A program made the position numbers and the translations under genes. From NCBI GenBank assembly GCA_052389315.1, contig JBQTIE010000051.1:2793-66792 (forward strand): a stretch of 64,000 nucleotides of DNA, written 5' to 3'. Positions 58,770-64,000 of the stretch are shown here, in pieces; the stretch's first letter is position 1, and each line of letters opens with the position of its first letter. A model generated the notes under the pieces. The model was not told the origin of the DNA. It searched no databases and was given only the letters and a program-made list of their open reading frames with translations. This DNA comes from Acidobacteriota bacterium (GTDB lineage: Bacteria > Acidobacteriota > Vicinamibacteria > Vicinamibacterales > UBA2999).

Positions 58770-59387
58770 CTAGCGCGGCTTGGCCGGGGAGGCGTCGAGC
58801 TTCTTGATGACCTCGTCAGAAATGTCGAGGCTCGGATCCGCCCACACCAGGCCCGAGTCGGGACCGTTGAAGATGAAGAACAAGCCCTTTTCCTGCCCCA
58901 TCGCCGTCAGGACGGGCTCGATGCGAAGCTGGAACTGCTGCTGCAGCTGCCCCTGCAACTCGGTGATGTCCTGCTGGGCGTCCTGGGTGAACCGCTGAAT
59001 GTCCACCTGCAGACGCTCGATCTGTTTCTGAATGTCAGCCTGTGCCGCGGTGCTCATCACGGACGCTTCTTTTTCGAGCTTCTGCTGCAGCCCCTGAAGC
59101 TGCTTGTTCTTATCGTTGAGCTCGTTGGCCTTTTCCTGCTGAAGCGCCTGGATCCTCGCGGTCGCCGCCTTCCCTTCGGCCGATTCGTTGGCAATGCGCT
59201 GCAGGACGACGTAGGCGAACTTCGAGCCGTCGGGAAACGGCTTGCGCGCCGCCGCCGGGGCCGGCTGGGGTGGCGGCGCAGCTTGGGGGGCCGGCTTTGG
59301 CGCCGCAGTCGGGGCGGCCGGGGTCTGGGCGAACGCTGACACCGTCATGGCGACGATTACGCCGGCGCCAATAGCAACACCTTTCAT
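58770..59387 (-). CDS. skp: OmpH/Skp-family periplasmic chaperone
   Basis: Signal peptide MKGVAIGAGVIVAMTVSAFAQ and a Gln-rich coiled-coil region (QALQQEKANELNDKNKQLQGLQQKLEKE...QKQIERLQ). ATG 59387 is preferred (AAGGA upstream); the track start is 59426. Confidence 0.8.
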   Translation of the reverse strand: MKGVAIGAGVIVAMTVSAFAQTPAAPTAAPKPAPQAAPPPQPAPAAARKPFPDGSKFAYVVLQRIANESAEGKAATARIQALQQEKANELNDKNKQLQGLQQKLEKEASVMSTAAQADIQKQIERLQVDIQRFTQDAQQDITELQGQLQQQFQLRIEPVLTAMGQEKGLFFIFNGPDSGLVWADPSLDISDEVIKKLDASPAKPR

Positions 59388-59426
59388 TACGGTCGGTCCT
59401 TTCGTCAAAGCACGCAAGCTCGTCAT

Positions 59427-59435
59427 TTTATACCA
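59427..59435 (-). promoter_or_regulatory. extended -10 element TGgTATAAA upstream of skp
   Basis: The reverse strand reads gcTGGTATAAA abutting the track ATG at 59426 and 40 nt upstream of ATG 59387. Confidence 0.4.
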
Positions 59436-59445
59436 GCGGCCGGCG

Positions 59446-59883
59446 TCAGGGATGGACGATGGCGACTTCGTAAGTCACGCCCTGCGCGGTCGCGATCGTC
59501 CCGACGTCGTAGAGCCGCAGGCATAGGTTGCCGAACGACGAGACGCCGCCGACGATGATGGCCCCTTTCGACGCCCGATCGTTGGCGAGCACGATCTGGC
59601 ACGTCGCCCCGTTCCAGGTCCCCAGGCTCATTCCGATGATCTCTTCCACGTCATCGGCGTCGGGCTCGAGCTTGGCCAGGGTGGCGGTGACGGTGCCGCT
59701 GGCCTGCGTCGAAAAGGTGTGGGTGGCGGCGCCGTTGCGGACGATCGTTCCCGAAAACGTCAGCGTGAAGGTCGTGGGCGTACTCGGGGTCGTGGGCGTG
59801 AGCGGCGTGTTGTCGCCGCACCCGCTCAGGGCAGCCGCGAGCACCAGTACCGGCCACAAGCGTCGATGGAGTCGATGGGACAT
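59446..59883 (-). CDS. hypothetical lipoprotein (Thr/Gly-rich, predicted all-beta)
   Basis: MSHRLHRRLWPVLVLAAALSGC provides a lipobox (LSGC), followed by a Pro/Thr linker. I recognise no family. Located between bamA and skp. Confidence 0.55.
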   Translation of the reverse strand: MSHRLHRRLWPVLVLAAALSGCGDNTPLTPTTPSTPTTFTLTFSGTIVRNGAATHTFSTQASGTVTATLAKLEPDADDVEEIIGMSLGTWNGATCQIVLANDRASKGAIIVGGVSSFGNLCLRLYDVGTIATAQGVTYEVAIVHP

Positions 59884-59909
59884 ACACTCTCGGACCATGC
59901 GAGGCGCGC

Positions 59910-62621
59910 TCAGAAGGTCGTGCCGACGGCAAATCGGAAGGTGAACCGCTTGGCCGGCTGGAAGTTGTTATCGAGCACGCCCACGCGGTTCGGATTGTGA
60001 GCGAAGATCAGACGGAACGGCACGTTGAGCACCGGCATGAAAAACCGGATCTCGGCGCCGGTGGACGATTTGAACGCGCTGGTCTGACCCGTCACCACGC
60101 TCGTGCTGCCTGGCGCTCCGGGCACCGACAGCCTGGTGGTCGTAAACGGGTCGAAGAGCAATGGACTCGCCGGTGGCCGTACCTCGACGATATCCTCGTT
60201 CCACGCGAAGCCCTGGCCGAGGTTGCGGACCTGACCCGCATCGAAGAACAGCACGAGCCGCACAGGTCCGGCGATCGAAATCAGGTACTCGGCGTTGACG
60301 AGCAAGCTCTTGTTGCCACCCAAGACGAGCTGGGTCTCGGGGTCCCGGGGCCCGACTGAACGGATGTCGAACCCCCTGATGCTGTACTCCCCGCCGAGGA
60401 ACAGCCGTTCGAAGATCGGCAGGACCGAGGTGCCCGCATAAGGGCGGATGTACTCGACCTGACCGCGGAATCCGAACGATGTCCGGTTCGTGTGGCGGAA
60501 GAACCCGACCGCTTCGGCGCGCGGCTTGATGAAGTTGGTGTTGCCGCCCAGGCCCGCGAAGTCCGCCGACAGCGACAGCCGCCGGCCGGTGGTCGGAAAG
60601 ATCGGATTGTCCACGGTGTTGAACACGAAGCTCGGCGTGACCTTGCTGATCGAGCGCTGTCCCCCCTGCCCGATAAGGAGCGAATCCTGGAGGAACGGAT
60701 TGCGCCGCAGCAGCTCGAGCGTGTCGGGGCCGAGCTGTGACAGGTCGCTCAAGGAGATGTCCCGGCACCCGGTGTCGCGAAAGAAGCACGAGGGGTCGAA
60801 GAACGCTTCGTTGAGGTCGCTCACCTGCACGTTCTCGAAGCTGTAGGTGAGGAACAGCCGCGAGAAATCGGCGACGGGGAACCCGATGAGGAGGTTGCCA
60901 CCGGTCGACCGCTGCGTGAACTGATTGATGTACTGCAGGCTGCGCTTGAAGACGTCGACGCCGCCCGTGATGTTGCGATCGAAGAGAAACGGCTCGGTGA
61001 AGGCGACCTGGTAGTTCTCCGCCCGTGAGCCGGCCTGCAGTGACAGAGTCAGCGATTCGCCGCGACCCATGAAGTTCGACGTCTGAAACGCCAGCTGACC
61101 GAAGAACCCTTCGAACTGAGACACGCCCGCTCCGAAGGTCAGCTGGTTGCGATTCTGCTCCTCCAGCTTGAGCGTGACGTCGACCTCGTTCTTCGCGTTG
61201 GGCGTTTTCTGGACGTCGACGGCGTTCGGCGACTGTTCGAGGTTCTGGAAGTAACCGAGCTGGTTGAGCCGTCTGATGCTGTACTTGAGGGCTTCGGTGC
61301 TGAACACCCCGCCTTCGACCAGCCGCAACTCGCGACGGATGACGTTGTCTCGCGTGGTGGTGTTGCCCGTGAACGTGATGCGATTGACGAAGTACTGTTC
61401 GCCCTCCTGCATCCGCATGGTCACGTTGACGGTCGGCTCGCTTGGGCCCTCGACCGGCCCCTCGGCGGGTTCGACAAACTCCATGTCGGGATAGCCGGTG
61501 AACTCGAAATAGCCGCCGGCGCCGTAGACCTCCCGCGACTTCTCGAAGCCTTTGCGAACGTTCTTCTCCGAGTACCAGTTGCCACGCTTGAGCTTGAACA
61601 GGGGCTCGAGGAACTCGCTCTTGACGACCGTGTTGCCCTCGACCTTGACGGTGCCGACGCGGTACCGATTCCCTTCGGTCACCGGAATGCGCAACTGCAC
61701 CCACCGCGTCTTGCTGTCTGGCGAATCGGCCAGCGTGCGGATCTCGGGGGTGCCGACCCTGGCCTGGATGTACCCACGCTCCCGGTAGTACTCCTCGACC
61801 TTCTCGGCGTCCTCTTCGAACTTGGCCTCCTGATACGTGCCGCGGCCGGTGATGAAGGACAGGAACCACTGTTCCTTCGTTTCCTTCATCTTGCGCTTCA
61901 GGCGGCCGTCTCCGACCTCCTCATTGCCGATGAATTCGATGTCGCGAACCTTGACCCGGGGCCCCTCGCTGACATCGAACACGACTTTGACCAGCTTCGG
62001 TCCTCCCGGCAGTGCCTCGACACTCGACTTGACCGTCGCGAACTGGTGCCCCTTCTCCGCCATCAACGTCCGCACGATGCCTTCGACGCGGCGGACGGCG
62101 CCTTGATCGAGGAACGAGTCGAGGCGCAGCGACACGCCGGCCTCCTTCATCTTCTCGTCGATCTTCGTGCGCTCGACCTTCCCGGACCCGATGTAATCGA
62201 CGATCTTCACCCGCGGCCGCTCTTCCATGTGGAAGATGATGCGCTTGCCGAGCACGCCGTTGTCGTACGGGGCATCGAGCACCTCGATGCGCAGGTTGTC
62301 GAGGAAGCTCGTGGCCCAGAGCCGCTTGAAGTCGCCGAGCAATCCCTCTTCAGTGGCCTCGTTGTAGGGCACCCACACGCCGTCGCTCGACCGACTGGGC
62401 TGGGTGTGGATGTAGTAGAGATAGGTCTGGGGTTCGATGAGCGACTCGTTGATGGGCTCGAAGCGCAGCTCGATGAACCGCACGAGCGGACCCGACCCCT
62501 CGGGCGGGAGCCGCAGCGGCTGGGCCGTCGGGGCCTGGGCGGGCGGCGCACCTTGGGCCTGCGCCAGGGGAGCCGTCGCGGCCACGATCAACACCGCGAT
62601 CAGAGCGACGATCACACGCAT
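59910..62621 (-). CDS. bamA: outer membrane protein assembly factor BamA
   Basis: Signal peptide MRVIVALIAVLIVAATAPLAQAQ, POTRA repeats (e.g. IEFIGNEEV, VKVEGNTVV, ITFTGNTTTRDNVIRREL) and a C-terminal beta-barrel ending RFTFRFAVGTTF. An alternative TTG start exists at 62672. Confidence 0.94.
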   Translation of the reverse strand: MRVIVALIAVLIVAATAPLAQAQGAPPAQAPTAQPLRLPPEGSGPLVRFIELRFEPINESLIEPQTYLYYIHTQPSRSSDGVWVPYNEATEEGLLGDFKRLWATSFLDNLRIEVLDAPYDNGVLGKRIIFHMEERPRVKIVDYIGSGKVERTKIDEKMKEAGVSLRLDSFLDQGAVRRVEGIVRTLMAEKGHQFATVKSSVEALPGGPKLVKVVFDVSEGPRVKVRDIEFIGNEEVGDGRLKRKMKETKEQWFLSFITGRGTYQEAKFEEDAEKVEEYYRERGYIQARVGTPEIRTLADSPDSKTRWVQLRIPVTEGNRYRVGTVKVEGNTVVKSEFLEPLFKLKRGNWYSEKNVRKGFEKSREVYGAGGYFEFTGYPDMEFVEPAEGPVEGPSEPTVNVTMRMQEGEQYFVNRITFTGNTTTRDNVIRRELRLVEGGVFSTEALKYSIRRLNQLGYFQNLEQSPNAVDVQKTPNAKNEVDVTLKLEEQNRNQLTFGAGVSQFEGFFGQLAFQTSNFMGRGESLTLSLQAGSRAENYQVAFTEPFLFDRNITGGVDVFKRSLQYINQFTQRSTGGNLLIGFPVADFSRLFLTYSFENVQVSDLNEAFFDPSCFFRDTGCRDISLSDLSQLGPDTLELLRRNPFLQDSLLIGQGGQRSISKVTPSFVFNTVDNPIFPTTGRRLSLSADFAGLGGNTNFIKPRAEAVGFFRHTNRTSFGFRGQVEYIRPYAGTSVLPIFERLFLGGEYSIRGFDIRSVGPRDPETQLVLGGNKSLLVNAEYLISIAGPVRLVLFFDAGQVRNLGQGFAWNEDIVEVRPPASPLLFDPFTTTRLSVPGAPGSTSVVTGQTSAFKSSTGAEIRFFMPVLNVPFRLIFAHNPNRVGVLDNNFQPAKRFTFRFAVGTTF

Positions 62622-62715
62622 AGGCAGCACAACGGCGCGGATAAAGCGGCCAAAACCCCCTGATTTTATCAAGGATCGGGAGCGGGACCCTCCGGGAGGC
62701 CCCGCCCCTTCCAGA

Positions 62716-64000
62716 TCAGACGTTCGTGGGCAGGCGGCGGCCGGCGACCACCGGTTCTCCGGCCGGACGATAGGCCAGTTGTCCGCTCTCCAAATACACC
62801 TCGACCTCGCCCCCCGACAGGTGTCCCCGAATCAACTCCTCGGCCAGCGGGTCCTCAAGGTACCGCTGGATAGCGCGGCGCAGCGGCCGCGCGCCGTACG
62901 ATCGATCCTTGCACGTGATGTCGATAATCCAGGTGGCCACCTCCGGCGTGAGGACGACGCGCATCCGCCGGTCGGTCAAGTTGGCGTTCAACTGGTCGAG
63001 CAGCAGGCCGAGAATGCTCCTCAAGTCCTCGTCGGAGAGCGCTTCGAACACGATGAGCTCGTCGACGCGGTTGACGAACTCCGGGTTGAACGTGCGCTTC
63101 ACCTCGCCGAGGACCATCTCCTGGACGCTCTTCTGCAGCTCGCCGGCGCCCGACGACTGGAACCCCATCGACGCCTTCTTCTGAATGAAGCGCGCGCCGA
63201 TGTTCGACGTCATGATCACGATGGCGTTCTTGAAGTTCACCCGGTTGCCGAGCCCGTCGGTGAGGTGGCCGTCTTCGAACACCTGCAGCAGGATGTTGAG
63301 GATGTCCGGGTGGGCTTTTTCGATCTCATCGAGCAGGACGACCGAGTACGGGTTCCGCTTGACCTTTTCCGTGAGCTGCCCGCCTTCTTCGTGTCCGACG
63401 TAGCCCGGGGGCGAGCCGATGAGCTTCGACACCGAGTGCTTCTCCATGTACTCGGACATGTCGAAGCGGATCAACGCCCCCTCGCTCCCGAAGAGAAAAT
63501 GGGCCAAGGCCCGTGCCAACTCGGTCTTGCCGACGCCGGTCGGTCCAAGGAACATGAAGCTGCCGACCGGCCGGTTGGGGTTCTTGAGGCCCGCCCTCGA
63601 CCGTCGAATGGCGCGCGACACCGCCGAGATGGCCTTCTGCTGGCTGATCACGCGCCGGTGGAGCTCGTCTTCCATCCGCAGCAGCTTGTCGCCCTCGTCC
63701 TGGTTGATGGACGCCAACGGGACGCCGGTCCACTTCGAGACGACTTCGTCGATCTCGGCCTTGGCCACCACCACGCGGCGCGCATTGGACCGCACGTCGA
63801 ACTTCTCGCGGACGAACTGGAGGTTCTCGCGCGCCACCTGCTCCTGCTCGCGGTAAAACTGAGCCTTGTCGAAGTCCTTCGCCGACACCGCGCTCTCCAT
63901 CTGCTCGACGGCCACGCGAATGCTCCGGTTGATCTCGCCGAATTCTTCGCTGTAGCCGGCCTCGCGCAGCTTGGCGCGGGCGCCGGCCTCGTCGACCAGG
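62716..64000 (-). CDS. clpC: ATP-dependent Clp protease ATP-binding subunit (ClpC/ClpA class), C-terminal part; the gene continues past the right edge
   Basis: UVR-like linker (KDFDKAQFYREQEQ) and the second AAA+ module with Walker A FLGPTGVGKTELA, Walker B VVLLDEIEKAH and sensor GARPLRR. The frame stays open upstream of 63915 to the edge (LVDEAGARAKLREAG...). Confidence 0.88.
   Translation of the reverse strand, partial: LVDEAGARAKLREAGYSEEFGEINRSIRVAVEQMESAVSAKDFDKAQFYREQEQVARENLQFVREKFDVRSNARRVVVAKAEIDEVVSKWTGVPLASINQDEGDKLLRMEDELHRRVISQQKAISAVSRAIRRSRAGLKNPNRPVGSFMFLGPTGVGKTELARALAHFLFGSEGALIRFDMSEYMEKHSVSKLIGSPPGYVGHEEGGQLTEKVKRNPYSVVLLDEIEKAHPDILNILLQVFEDGHLTDGLGNRVNFKNAIVIMTSNIGARFIQKKASMGFQSSGAGELQKSVQEMVLGEVKRTFNPEFVNRVDELIVFEALSDEDLRSILGLLLDQLNANLTDRRMRVVLTPEVATWIIDITCKDRSYGARPLRRAIQRYLEDPLAEELIRGHLSGGEVEVYLESGQLAYRPAGEPVVAGRRLPTNV

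Noticed and set aside
58751-58786. 14-bp direct repeat GCGCGGCTTGGCCG occurring twice, 22 bp apart, flanking the skp stop codon
   Set aside because: It is short and GC-rich, and a local slippage duplication of the 3' coding end (PAKPR) explains it. No associated inverted repeats or mobile-element features.
62673-62715. Short hairpin (GGGACCCTCCGGGAGGCCCC) between clpC and bamA as a terminator
   Set aside because: The stem has only about 8 imperfect pairs with a very small loop and no U-tract, so it is too weak to call.

Overview
A very GC-rich, densely coding bacterial chromosome segment. I support 56 protein-coding genes and found no rRNA, tRNA, CRISPR array, transposase, integrase or phage gene. 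A PadR regulator followed by an ADOP-type duplicated FtsX permease, plus the overall gene content, suggests Acidobacteriota; this is inference only.

Content, left to right:
- carB (5' part) and carA on the minus strand
- bshC, a class A PBP, an XdhC-like protein and an amidohydrolase
- a PAS-GGDEF-EAL membrane protein
- a CIRCE-controlled hrcA-grpE-dnaJ-prmA operon that lacks dnaK
- a secreted CSLREA / beta-helix / FN3 protein, and rsmE followed by DUF1028
- a Ser/Thr kinase, ilvE, pilT, recX-alaS, a lytic transglycosylase, rpsT and PadR+ADOP
- from 30.2 kb to the right edge, one uninterrupted minus-strand array: clpC (partial), bamA, a lipoprotein, skp, a fused fabZ-lpxA, lpxI, a Gfo/Idh/MocA oxidoreductase, a futalosine-type menaquinone operon, tonB, miaA-hfq, deoB, dgt, yceD-rpmF-plsX-fabD-fabG-acpP-fabF, etfBA with ETF-QO, an acyltransferase, an HDAC-family protein and leuS-lptE-holA

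This is mostly core housekeeping DNA. I see no clear-cut new defence or mobile system.

The most unusual items:
1. A radical-SAM-like MqnC/MqnE paralogue that has lost its CX3CX2C cluster motif and is translationally coupled between the lipid A genes and mqnA.
2. A single-polypeptide FabZ-LpxA fusion in a cluster that lacks lpxD and lpxB.
3. A recurring arrangement of -10 boxes only 6-12 nt from start codons, suggesting leaderless genes, including a mirrored divergent pair.
4. A CIRCE operator that swallows the hrcA start codon.
5. A candidate PadR operator.

Many long ORFs in the six-frame track are antisense shadow ORFs of a high-GC genome and were rejected. All product calls come from motif recognition by eye, and no database search was run.
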